Source: the human T2T-CHM13v2.0 reference genome, Homo sapiens
Strand: one strand, 5' to 3'
Length of the DNA: 64,000 nucleotides
Assembly (NCBI RefSeq): GCF_009914755.1
Contig: NC_060933.1
Positions 13,716 through 28,100 of the stretch are shown here, in pieces. The first letter of the stretch is position 1, and each line of letters starts with the position of its first letter. Below the pieces are notes generated by a model. The model was not told where the DNA came from. It searched no databases and saw only the letters and a list, made by a program, of their open reading frames with translations. The position numbers and the translations under genes were made by a program.

Positions 13716-14010
13716 CCATTCTATTCCGGTTATTTCCATTCCATTCCATTCGATTCCATTCCATTCCATTCCATTCCATTGCAATCGAGTTGATTCCATT
13801 CCATTCCATTCCATTCCGTTCCGGATGATTCCATTCCATTCCATTCCATTCCATTCCATTCCATTCCATTCTATTCCGGTTATTTCCATTCCATTCCATT
13901 CGATTCCATTCCATTCCATTCCATTCCATTGCAATCGAGTTGATTCCATTCCATTCCATTCCATTCCGTTCCGGATGATTCCATTCCATTCCATTCCATT
14001 CCATTCCATT
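13716..14010. repeat. 150-bp tandem duplication (2 copies)
   Basis: Private variant CTATTCCGGTTATTTCC at 13721 and 13871; CCGTTCCGGATGA is also repeated at offset 150. Confidence 0.9.
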
Positions 14011-17000
14011 CCATTCCCCTGCAGTCGGGTTGATTCCATTCCATTCCATTCCATTCCATTCCATTCCATTCCGTTCCATTCCATTCCATTCCATTCTATT
14101 CGGGTTAATTCCATTCCATTCCATTCCATTCCATTCCATTCCAATCGAGTTGATTCCATTCCATTCCATTCCATTCCATTCCATTCCACTCCATTCCAGT
14201 CCTTTCCATTCCATTACACTCGGGTTGATTCCATTCTATTCCTTTCCATTCCATTCCATTCCATTGCAATCGAGTTGATTCCATTGCTTTGCATTCCATT
14301 CCATTCCATTCCATTCCGGATGATTCCATTCCATTGCATTCCATTCCATTCCATTCCCCTGCACTCGGGTTGATTCCATTCCATTCCACTCCATTCCGTT
14401 CCGTTCCATTCCATTCCATTGTATTCGGGTTAATTCCATTCCATTCCATTCCATTCCATTCCATTCCATTCCATTCCATTCCATTACAGTCGAGTTGATT
14501 CCATTCCATTCCATTCCATTCCATTCCATTCCATTTCATTCCAGTCCTTTCCATTCCATTCCACTCGGGTTGATTCCATTCTATTAGTTTCCATTCCGTT
14601 CCATTCCCTTCCATTCCACTCTGGTTGATTCCATTCCTTTCCATTCCACTCGAATACATTCCCTCCTATTCCAATCGGAATGATTCCATTCCATTCCATT
14701 CCATTCCATTCCATTCCATTCCATTCCAGTTCGTTCCATTCCGTTCTATTCCGTACCATTCCATTCCATTCCATTCCTTTCCATTCCATTCCTTTCCACT
14801 CGTGTTGATTCCATTCCTTTCCATTCCATTCGGGTTGAAGGCATTCCATTCCATTCAATTCCATTCCATTCCATTCCATTCCATTCCATTCTATTCCATT
14901 CCATTGCAATCGAGTTGAATCCATTGCCTTTCATTCCATTCCATTCCATTCCATTCCGGAAGATTCCATTCCATTACATTCCATTCCATTCCATTCCCCT
15001 GCACTCGCGTTGATTCCATTCCATTCCATTCCATTCCATTCCGTTCCGTTCCATTCCATTCCATTCCATTCCATTCCGTTCCGTTGCATTCCATTCCATT
15101 CCATTCTATTAGGGTTAATTCCATTCCATTCCATTTGATTGCCATCGAGTTGATTCCATTCCATTCCATGCCATTCCATTCCATTCCATTCCATTCCATT
15201 CCTTTCCATTCCATTACGGATGACTCCATTCCATTGCATTCCATTCCATTCCATTCCCCTGTACTCGGTTTGATTCCATTCCATTCCATTCCACTCCATT
15301 CTGTTCCGTTGCATTCCATTCTATTGCATTCCATTCTATTCGGGTTAATTCCATTCCATTCTATTCCGTTCCATTCCATTGCAATGGAGTTGATTCCATT
15401 CCATTCCATTCCATTCCGGATGATTCCATTCCATTGCATTCCCTTCCATTCCATTCCCCTGTACTCGTGTTGATTCCATTCCCTTCCATTCCATTCCATT
15501 CCGTTCCATTCCATTCCATTCCATTCTATTCCGGTTAATTCCATTCCATTCCATTCCATTCCATTCCATTCCATTCCATTGCAATCGAGTTGATTCCATT
15601 CCATTCCTTTCCATTCCATTCCATTGCCTTGCATTCCACTCGGGTTGATTCCATTCCCTTCTTTCCACTCCATTACATTCCCTTCCATTCCACTCGGAAT
15701 GATTGATTCCATTCCATTCCATTCCATTTCATTCCATTGCAATCCATTCCAATCCATTCCATTCCATTCCATTCCACTCGAGTTGATTTCATTCCATTCC
15801 TTTCCATTCCATTCCATTCCTTTCCACTCGAGTTGATTCCATTCCATTCCATTCCATTGCATTCCATTCCATGCCATTCCACTCGGGTTGATTCCATTCC
15901 ATTCCAATGCATTCCATTCCATTCCATTCCATGGCATTCCATTCCATTCCTTTCCCCTGCACTCGGGTTGATTCCATTCCATTCCATTCCATTTAATTCC
16001 ATTCCATTCCATTCCATTCCATTCCATTCCATTCCAATCCGTTCCATTCCATTCCATTCTATTCCATTGGAATCGACTTGATTCCATTCCATTCCATTCC
16101 ATTCCATTCCATTCCATTCCATTCCATTTTGTTCCAATCCATTCTATTCCAAACCATTCCATTCCATTCCATTCCATTCCATTCCAGCCATTCCACTCGG
16201 GTTGATTCCATTCCTTTCCATTCCATTCGGGTTGAATCCATTCCACTCCATTCCATTCTATTCGAATCCATTCCATTGCACTCGGGTTGATTCCATTCCA
16301 TTACATTCCATTCGATTCCATTCCATTCCATTCCATTCCGTTCGATTCCATTTCATTACATCCAGATTGATTCTATTCAATTCCCTTACACTCCATTATA
16401 TTCCAATTCATTCTGGTTGTTTCCATTCCATTCCATTCCATTTCACTCCATTCCATTGCACTCGGTTTGATTCCATTGCATTCCATTCCATTCCATTCCG
16501 GATGATTCCATTCCATTGCATTCCATTCCATTCCATTCCCCTGCACTCAGGTTGATTCCATTCCATTCCATTCCACTCCATTCTGTTCCGTTCCATTCCA
16601 TTCTATTGCATTCCATTCTATTCGGGTTAATTCCATTCCATTCTATTCCATTCCATTCCATTCCATTGCAATTGAGTTGATTCCATTCCATTCCATTCCA
16701 TTCCGGATGATTCCATTCCATTGCATTCCATTCCATTCCATTCCCCTGCACTCGTGTTGATTCCATTACCTTCCATTCCATTCCATTCCGTTCCATTCCA
16801 TTGCATTCCATTCTATTCCGGTTAACTCCATTCCATTCCATTCCATTCCATTCCATTCCATTCCATTCCATTGCAATCGAGTTGATTCCATTCCATTCCT
16901 TTCCATTCCATTCCATTGCCTTGCATTCCAATCGGGTTGATTCCATTCCCTTCTTTCCACTCCATTACATTCCCTTCCATTCCACTCGGAATGATTGATT

Positions 17001-19139
17001 CCATTCCATTCCATTCCATTTCATTCCGTTGCAATCCATTCCAATCTATTCCATTCCATTCCATTCCACTCGAGTTGATTTCATTCCATTCCTTTCCATT
17101 CCATTCCATTCCTTTCCACTCGAGTTGATTCCATTCCATTCCATTCCATTGCATTCCATTCCATGCCATTCCACTCGGGTTGATTCCATTCCTTTGCATT
17201 CCATTCCATTCCATTCCATTCCATTCCATTCCATTCCGTTGCATTCCATTCCATTACATTCGGATTGATTCTATTCAACTCTCTTACTCTCCATTACATT
17301 CCATTCCATTCGGGTTGTTCCATTCCATTCCATTCCATTCCACTCCATTCCATTGCTCTCGGGTTGATTCCATTCCATTCCATTCCATTCCATTCCGGAT
17401 GATTCCATTCCATTGCATTCCGTTCCATTACATTCCCCTGCACTCGCGTTGATTCCATTCCATTCCATTCCATTCCATTCAATTCCATTCCATTACAATT
17501 CGTTCCATTCCATTCTATTCCGTACCATTCCATTCCATTCCATACCATTCCATTCCATTCCATTCCATTCCATTCCATTCCGTTCCATTCCGTTCCATTC
17601 CATTCCATTCCATTCTATTCGGGTTAATTCCATTCCATTCCATTCCATTCCATTCTATTCCATTCCATTGCAATCTAGTTGAATCCATTGCATTTCATTC
17701 CATTCCATTCCATTCCATTCCATTCCATTCCGGAAGATTCCATTCCATTGCATTCCATTCCATTCCATTCCCCTGCACTCGCGTTGATTCCATTCCATTC
17801 CATTCCATTCCGTTCCGTTCCGTTCCATTCCGTTCCGTTCCATTCCATTCCATTCCATTCCGTTCCGTTCCATTCCATTCCATTCCATTCCATTCCATTC
17901 TATTCGGGTTAATTCCATTCCATTCCATTCGATTGCAATCGTGTTGATTCCATTCCATTCCATTCCATTCCATTCCATTCCATTCCATTCCTTTCCATTC
18001 CATTACGGATGATTCCATTCCATTGCATTCCATTCCATTCCATTCCCCTGTACTCGGGTTGATTCCATTCCATTGCATTCCAATCCATTCCCTTCCACTC
18101 GTGTTGATTCCATTCTTTCCATTCCATTCAAGTTGAATCCATTCCATTGCATTCCATTCCATTCGATTCCATTCGATTGCACTCGGGTTGATTCCATTCC
18201 ATTGCATTCCATTCCATTCAATTCCATTCCATTCCATTCCATTCCATTCCGTTCCATTCCATTCAATTACATTCGGATTGATTCTATTCAATTCCGTTAC
18301 ACTCCATTACATTCCATTCCATTCGGGTAGTTTCCATTCCATTCCATTCCATTCCTCTCCATTCCATTGCACTCGGGTTGATTCCATTCCATTGCATCCC
18401 ATTACATTCCATTCAATTCCATTCCGTTCCATTCCATTCCATTACATTCGGATTGATTCTATTCAACTCCCTTAGTCTCCATTAAATTCCATTCCATTCG
18501 GGCTGTTCCATTCCATTCCATTACATTCCACTCCATTCCATTGCACTCGGGTTTATTCCATTCCATTCCATTCCATTCCATTCCATTCCATTCCATTCCA
18601 TTCCATTCCGGAAGATTCCATTCCATTGCATTCCATTCCATTCCATTCCCCTGCACTCGCGTTGATTCCATTCCATTCCATTCCATTCCATTGCATTCCA
18701 TTCCATTCCTTTCCGTTCCATTCCATTCCATTCCATTCCATTCCATTCCATTCCATTCCGTTCCGTTCCGTTCCACTCCATTCCATTCCATTCTATTCGG
18801 GTTAATTCCATTCCATTCCATTCGATTGCAATCGAGTTGATTCCATTCCATTCCATTCCATTCCATTCCTTTCCATTCCATTACGGATGATTCCATTCCA
18901 TTGCATTCCATTCCATTCCATTCCCCTGTACTCGGGTTCATTCCATTCCATTCCATTCCAATCCATGCCATTCCACTCGTGTTGATTCCATTCTTTCCAT
19001 TCCATTCAAGTTGAATCCATTCCATTGCATTCCATTCCATTCCATTCCCCTGCAGTCGGGTTGATTCCATTCCATTCCATTCCATTCCATTCCATTCCAT
19101 TCCATTCCATTCCCTTCCGTTCCATTCCATTACATTCCA

Positions 19140-19880
19140 TTCTATTCGGGTTAATTCCATTCCATTCCATTCCATTCCATTCCATTCCATTCCAATCGAG
19201 TTGATTCCATTCCATTCCATTCCATTCCATTCCACTCCATTCCAGTCCTTTCCATTCCATTCCACTCTGGTTGATTCCAATGTATTCCTTTCCATTCCAT
19301 TCCATTCCATTGCAATCGAGTTGATTCCATTGCTTTGCATTCCATTCCATTCCATTCCATTCCGGATGATTCCATTCCATTGCATTCCATTCCATTCCAT
19401 TCCCCTGCACTCGGGTTGATTCCATTCCATTCCACTCCATTCCGTTCCGTTCCATTCCATTCCATTTTATTCGGGTTAATTCCATTACATTCCATTCCAT
19501 TCCATTCCATTCTATTCGGGTGAATTCCATTCCATTCCATTCCATTCCATTCCATTCCAATCGAGTTGATTCCATTCCATTCCATTCCATTCCATTCCAT
19601 TCCATTCCACTCCATTCCAGTCCTTTCCATTCCATTCCACTCGGGTTGATTCCAATGTATTCCTTTCCATTCCATTCCATTCCATTGCAATCGAGTTGAT
19701 TCCATTGCTTTGCATTCCATTCCATTCCATTCCATTCCGGATGATTCCATTCCATTGCATTCCATTCCATTCCATTCCCCTGCACTCGGGTTGATTCCAT
19801 TCCATTCCACTCCATTCCGTTCCATTCCATTCCATTCCATTTTATTCGGGTTAATTCCATTCCATTCCATTCCATTCCAT
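19140..19880. repeat. 375-bp tandem duplication (2 copies)
   Basis: TGTATT at 19281 and 19656; TTTATTCGGG at 19466 and 19841; matching ORF starts at 19335 and 19710. Confidence 0.9.
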
Positions 19881-22109
19881 TCAATTCCATTACAATCGAG
19901 TTGATTCCATTCCATTCCATTCCAGTCCAGTCCTTTCCATTCCATTCCACTCGGGTTGATTCCATTCTATTAGTTTCCATTCCATTCCATTCCCTTCCAT
20001 TCCACTCTGGTTGATTCCATTCCTTTCCATTCCACTCGAATACATTCCCTCCTATTCCACTCGGAACGATTCCATTCCATTCCATTCCATTCCATTCCAT
20101 TCCATTCCACTCGTGTTGATTCCATTCCTTTCCATTCCATTCGGTTTGAAGGCATTCCATTCCATTCCATTCCATTCCATTCCATTCCATTCCATTGTAC
20201 TCTGGTTGATTGCATTCCATTGCATTGCATTCCATTCCATTCCGTTGCATTCCATTCCATTACATTCGGATTGATTCTATTCAACTCCCTTACATTCCAT
20301 TACATTCCATTCCACTCGGGTTGTTCCATTCCATTCCATTCCATTCCACTCCATTCCATTGCACTCGGGTTGATTCCATTCCATTCCATTCCATTCCATT
20401 CCATTCCATTCAATTCCATTCCATTACAATTCGTTCCATTCCATTCTATTCCGTACCATTCCATTCCATTCCATACCATTCCATTCCATTCCATTCCATT
20501 CCATTCCGTTCCATTACGTTCCATTCCATTCCATTCCATTCTATTCGGGTTAATCCCATTCCATTCCAATCCATTCCATTCTATTCCATTCCATTGCAAT
20601 CGAGTTGAATCCATTGGATTTCATTCCATTCCATTCCATTCCATTCCATTCCGGAAGATTCCATTCCATTGCATTCCATTACATTCCATTCCCCTGCACT
20701 CGCGTTGATTCCATTCCATTCCATTCCATTCCATTCAATTCCATTCCGTTCCGTTCCGTTCCATTCCATTCCATTCCATTCCATTCCGTTCCGTTCCATT
20801 CCATTCCATTCCATTCTATTCGGGTTAATTCCATTCCATTCCATTCGATTGCAATCGTGTTGATTCCATTCCATTCCATTCCATTCCATTCCATTCCTTT
20901 CCATTCCATTACGGATGATTCCATTCCATTGCATTCCATTCCATTCCATTCCATTCCCCTGTACTCGGGTTGATTCCATTCCATTGCATTCCAATCCATG
21001 CCCTTCCACTCGTGTTGATTCCATTCTTTCCATTCCATTCAATTTGAATCCATTCCATTGCATTCCATTATATTCGATTCCATTCGATTGCGCTCAGGTT
21101 GATTCCATTCCATTGCATTCCATTCCATTCCATTCCATTCCATTCCGTTCCGTTCCATTCCATTCCATTACATTCGGATTGATTCTATTCAATTCCCTTA
21201 CACTCCATTACATTCCATTCCATTCGGGTAGTTTCCATTCCATTCCATTCCATTCCATTCCATTCCGGATGATTCCATTCCATTGCATTCCATTCCATTA
21301 CATTCCCCTGCACTCGCGTTGATTCCATTCCATTACATTCCACTCCATTCGGTTCCGTTGCATTCCATTCTGTTGCATTCCATTCTATTCGGGTTAATTC
21401 CATTCCATTCTATTCCATTCCATTCCATTCCATTCCATTGCAATGGAGTTGATTCCATTCCATTCCATTCCATTCCGGATGATTCCATTCCATTGCATTC
21501 CATTCCATTCCATTCCCCTGCACTCGTGTTGATTCCATTCCCTTCCATTCCATTCCATTCCGTTCCATTCCATTCCATTCCATTCTATGCCGGTTAATTA
21601 CATTCCATTCCATTCCATTCCATTCCATTGCAATCGAGTTGATTCCATTCCATTCCTTTCCATTCCATTCCATTGCCTTGCATTCCACTCGGGTTGATTC
21701 CATTCCCTTCTTTCCACTCCATTACATTCCCTTCCATGATTGATTCCATTCCATTCCATTCCATTTCATTCCATTGCAATCCATTCCAATCCATTCCATT
21801 CTATTCCATTCCACTCGAGTTGACTTCATTCCATTCCTTTCCATTCCATTCCATTCCTTTCCACTCGAGTTAATTCCATTCCATTCCAATCCATTGCATT
21901 CCATTCCATTCCATTCCCCTGTACTCGGGTTGAATCCATTCCATTCCATTCCATTCCATTCCATTCCATTCCATTCCATTCAATTCCATTACATTGCACT
22001 CCGGTTGATTCCATTCCATTCCATTCCATTCCATTCCATTCCATTCCATTCCATTCCGTTGCATTCCATTCCATTACATTCGAATTGATTCTATTCAACT
22101 CCCTTACAC

Positions 22110-25100
22110 TCCATTACATTCCATTCCATTCGGGTTGTTCCATTCCATTCCATTCCATTCCACTCCATTCCATTGCACTCGGGTTGATTCCATTCCATTC
22201 CATTCCATTCCATTCCATTCCATTCCATTCCGGATGATTCCATTCCATTGCATTCCGTTCCATTACATTCCCCTGCACTCGCGTTGATTCCATTCCATTC
22301 CATTCCATTCCATTCAATTCCATTCCATTACAATTCGTTCCATTCCATTCTATTCCGTACCATTCCATTCCATTCCATACCATTCCATTCCATTCCATTC
22401 CATTCCATTCCATTCCGTTCCGTTCCATTCCATTCCATTCCATTCTATTCAGGTTAATCCCATTCCATTCCATTCCTTTCCATTCTATTCCATTCCATTG
22501 CAATCGAGTTGAATCCATTGCATTTCATTCCATTCCATTCCATTCCATTCCGGAAGATTCCATTCCATTGCATTCCATTCCATGCCATTCCCGTGCACTC
22601 GCGTTGATTCCATTCCATTCCATTCCATTCCATTCCATTCCATTCCATTCCATTCCATTCCGTTCCTTTCCGTTCCGTTCCATTCCATTCCATTCCATTC
22701 CATTCCATTCCATTCCGTTCCATTCCATTCCATTCCATTCCATTCTATTCGGTTTAATTCCATTCCATTCCATTCGATTGCAATCGTGTTGATTCCATTC
22801 CATTCCATTCCATTCCATTCCATTCCTTTCCATTCCATTACGGATGATTCCATTCCATTGCATTCCATTCCATTCCATTCCCCTGTACTCTGGTTGATTC
22901 CATTCCATTGCATTCCAATCCATGCCCTTCCACTCGTGTTGATTCCATTCTTTCCATTCCATTCAAGTTGAACCCATTCCATTGTATTCCATTCCATTCG
23001 ATTCCATTCGATTGCACTCGGGTTGATTCCATTCCATTGCATTCCATTCCATTCCATTCCATTCCATTCCATTCCGTTCCATTCCATTCCATTACATTCG
23101 GATTGATTCTATTCAATTCCCTTACACTCCATTACATTCCATTCCATTCGGGTAGTTTCCATTCTATTCCTCTCCATTCCATTGCACTCGGGTTGATTCT
23201 ATTCCATGTCATTCCATTCCATTCCATTCAATTCCTTTCCGTTCCATTCCATTCCATTACATTCGGATTGACTCTATTCAACTCCCTTACTCTCCATTAC
23301 ATTCCATTCCATTCGGGTTGTTCCATTCCATTCCATTCCATTCCACTCCATTCCATTGCTCTCGGGTTTATTCCATTCCATTCCATTCCATTCCATTCCA
23401 TTCCATTCCATTCCGGAAGATTCCATTCCGTTGAATTCCATTCCATTCCATTCCCCTGCACTCGCGTTGATTCCATTCCATTCCATTCCATTACATTCCA
23501 TTCCACTCCATTCCATTCCATTCCATTCCATTCCACTCCATTCCATTCCATTCCTTTCCGTTCCATTCCATTCGATTCCATTCCATTCCATTCCATTCCG
23601 TTCCATTCCGTTCCATTCCATTCCATTCCATTCCATTCTTTTCGGGTTAATTCCATTCCATTCCATTCGATTGCAATCGAGTTGATTCCATTCCATTCCA
23701 TTCCATTCCATTCCATTCCATTCCTTTCCATTCCATAACGTATGATTCCATTCCATTGCATTCCATTCCATTCCATTCCCCTGTACTCGGGTTGATTCCA
23801 TTCCATTCCATTCCAATCCATGGCATTCCTCTCGTGTTGATTCCATTCTTTCCATTCCATTCAAGTTGAATCCATTCCATTACATTCCATTCCATTCGAT
23901 TCCATTCGATTGCACTCGTGTTGATTCCATACCATTGCATTCCATTCCATTCCATTTCATTCCATTCCATTCCTTTCCATTCCATTCCATTCCATTCCAT
24001 TCCATTCCATTGCAATCGAGTTTATTCCATTCCATTCCTTTCCATTCCATTCCATTGCCTTGCATTCCACTCGGGTTGATTCCATTCCCTTCTTTCCACT
24101 CCATTACATTCCCTTCCATTCCACTCGGAATGATTGATTCCATTCCATTCCATTCCATTTCATTCCATTGCAATCCATTCCAATCCATTCCATTCCATTC
24201 CATTCCACTCGAGTTGATTTCATTCCATTCCTTTCCATTCCATTCCATTCCTTTCCACTCGAGTTGATTCCATTCCATTCCATTCCATTGCATTCCATTC
24301 CATGCCATTCCACTCGGGTTGATTCCATTCCATTCCAATGCATTCCATTCCATTCCATTCCATGGCATTCCATTCCATTCCTTTCCCCTGCACTCGGGTT
24401 GATTCCATTCCATTCCATTCCATTTAATTCCATTCCATTCCATTCCATTCCATTCCATTCCATTCCATTCCATTCCAATCCGTTCCATTCCATTCCATTC
24501 TATTCCATTGGAATCGACTTGATTCCATTCCATTCCATTCCATTCCATTCCATTCCATTCCATTCCATTCCATTCCATTCCATTTTGTTCCAATCCATTC
24601 TATTCCAAACCATTCCATTCCATTCCATTCCATTCCATTCCAGCCATTCCACTCGGGTTGATTCCATTCCTTTCCATTCCATTCGGGTTGAATCCATTCC
24701 ACTCCATTCCTTTCTATTCGAATCCATTCCATTGCACTCGGGTTGATTCCATTCCATTCCATTCCATTCGATTCCATTCCATTCCATTCCATTCCGTTCG
24801 ATTCCATTTCATTACATCCAGATTGATTCTATTCAATTCCCTTACACTCCATTATATTCCAATCCATTCTGGTTGTTTCCATTCCATTCCATTCCATTTC
24901 ACTCCATTCCATTGCACTCGGTTTGATTCCATTCCATTCCATTCCATTCCATTCCGGATGATTCCATTCCATTGCATTCCATTCCATTCCATTCCCCTGC
25001 ACTCAGGTTGATTCCATTCCATTCCATTCCACTCCATTCTGTTCCGTTCCATTCCATTCTATTGCATTCCATTCTATTCGGGTTAATTCCATTCCATTCT

Positions 25101-28100
25101 ATTCCATTCCATTCCATTCCATTCCATTGCAATTGAGTTGATTCCATTCCATTCCATTCCATTCCGGATGATTTCATTCCATTGCATTCCATTCCATTCC
25201 ATTCCCCTGCACTCGTGTTGATTCCATTACCTTCCATTCCATTCCATTCCGTTCCATTCCATTGCATTCCATTCTACTCCGGTTAACTCCATTCCATTCC
25301 ATTCCATTCCATTCCATTCTATTCCATTGCAATCGAGTTGATTCCATTCCATTCCTTTCCATTCCATTCCATTGCCTTGCCTTCCAATCGGGTTGATTCC
25401 ATTCCCTTCTTTCCACTCCATTACATTCCCTTCCATTCCACTCGGAATGATTGATTCCATTCCATTCCATTCCATTTCATTCCGTTGCAATCCATTCCAA
25501 TCTATTCCATTCCATTGCATTCCACTCGAGTTGATTTCATTCCATTCCTTTCCATTCCATTCCATTCCTTTCCACTCGAGTTGATTCCATTCCATTCCAT
25601 TCCATTGCATTCCATTCCATGCCATTCCACTCGGGTTGATTCCATTCCTTTGCATTCCATTCCATTCCATTCCATTCCATTCCATTCCATTCCATTCCAT
25701 TCCGTTCCATTCCATTCCATTCCATTCCATTCTATTCGGGTTAATTCCATTCCATTCCATTCGATTGCAATCGTGTTGATTCCATTCCATTCCATTCCAT
25801 TCCATTCCTTTCCATTCCATTACGGATGATTCCATTCCATTGCATTCCATTCCATTCCATTCCCCTGTACTCGGGTTGATTCCATTCCATTGCATTCCAA
25901 TCCATGCCCTTCCACTCGTGTTGATTCCATTCTTTCCATTCCATTCAAGTTGATCCCATTCCATTGTATTCCATTCCATTCGATTCCATTCGATTGCACT
26001 CGGGTTGATTCCATTCCATTGCATTCCATTCCATTCCATTCCATTCCATTCCATTCCATTCCGTTCCATTCCATTCCATTACATTCGGATTGATTCTATT
26101 CAATTCCCTTACACTCTGTTACATTCCATTCCATTCGGGTAGTTTCCATTCCATTCCTCTCCATTCCATTGCACTCGGGTTGATTCCATTCCATTGCATT
26201 CCATTCCATTCCATTCAATTCCATTCCGTTCCATTCCATTCCATTACATTCGGATTGACTCTATTCAACTCCCTTACTCTCCATTACATTCCATTCCATT
26301 CGGGTTGTTCCATTCCATTCCATTCCATTCCACTCCATTCCATTGCACTCGGGTTGATTCCATTCCATTCCATTCCATTCCATTCCATTCCGGATGATTC
26401 CATTCCATTGCATTCCGTTCCATTACATTCCCCTGCACTCGCGTTGATTCCATTCCATTCCATTCCATTCCATTCAATTCCATTCCATTACAATTCGTTC
26501 CATTCCATTCTATTCCCTACCATTCCATTCCATTCCATACCATTCCATTCCATTCCATTCCATTCCATTCCATTCCATTCCGTTCCGTTCCATTCCATTC
26601 CATTCCATTCTATTCAGGTTAATCCCATTCCATTCCATTCCTTTCCATTCTATTCCATTCCATTGCAATCGAGTTGAATCCATTGCATTTCATTCCATTC
26701 CATTCCATTCCATTCCGGAAGATTCCATTCCATTGCATTCCATTCCATGCCATTCCCGTGCACTCGCGTTGATTCCATTCCATTCCATTCCATTCCATTC
26801 CATTCCATTCCATTCCATTCCGTTCCTTTCCGTTCCGTTCCATTCCATTCCATTCCATTCCATTCCATTCCATTCCGTTCCATTCCATTCCATTCCATTC
26901 CATTCTATTCGGTTTAATTCCATTCCATTCCATTCGATTGCAATCGTGTTGATTCCATTCCATTCCATTCCATTCCATTCCATTCCTTTCCATTCCATTA
27001 CGGATGATTCCATTCCATTGCATTCCATTCCATTCCATTCCCCTGTACTCGGGTTGATTCCATTCCATTGCATTCCAATCCATGCCCTTCCACTCGTGTT
27101 GATTCCATTCTTTCCATTCCATTCAAGTTGAACCCATTCCATTGTATTCCATTCCATTCGATTCCATTCGATTGCACTCGGGTTGATTCCATTCCATTGC
27201 ATTCCATTCCATTCCATTCCATTCCATTCCATTCCGTTCCATTCCATTCCATTACATTCGGATTGATTCTATTCAATTCCCTTACACTCCATTACATTCC
27301 ATTCCATTCGGGTAGTTTCCATTCTATTCCTCTCCATTCCATTGCACTCGGGTTGATTCTATTCCATGTCATTCCATTCCATTCCATTCAATTCCTTTCC
27401 GTTCCATTCCATTCCATTACATTCGGATTGACTCTATTCAACTCCCTTACTCTCCATTACATTCCATTCCATTCGGGTTGTTCCATTCCATTCCATTCCA
27501 TTCCACTCCATTCCATTGCTCTCGGGTTTATTCCATTCCATTCCATTCCATTCCATTCCATTCCATTCCATTCCGGAAGATTCCATTCCGTTGAATTCCA
27601 TTCCATTCCATTCCCCTGCACTCGCGTTGATTCCATTCCATTCCATTCCATTACATTCCATTCCACTCCATTCCATTCCATTCCATTCCATTCCACTCCA
27701 TTCCATTCCATTCCTTTCCGTTCCATTCCATTCGATTCCATTCCATTCCATTCCATTCCGTTCCATTCCGTTCCATTCCATTCCATTCCATTCCATTCTT
27801 TTCGGGTTAATTCCATTCCATTCCATTCGATTGCAATCGAGTTGATTCCATTCCATTCCATTCCATTCCATTCCATTCCATTCCTTTCCATTCCATAACG
27901 TATGATTCCATTCCATTGCATTCCATTCCATTCCATTCCCCTGTACTCGGGTTGATTCCATTCCATTCCATTCCAATCCATGGCATTCCACTCGTGTTGA
28001 TTCCATTCTTTCCATTCCATTCAAGTTGAATCCATTCCATTACATTCCATTCCATTCGATTCCATTCGATTGCACTCGGGTTGATTCCATACCATTGCAT

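Noticed and set aside
15109-15117. Telomere-like TTAGGGTTA, and GGGTTA in many modules
   Set aside because: A single substitution in the ATTCGGGTTAATT module; there is no tandem TTAGGG array.
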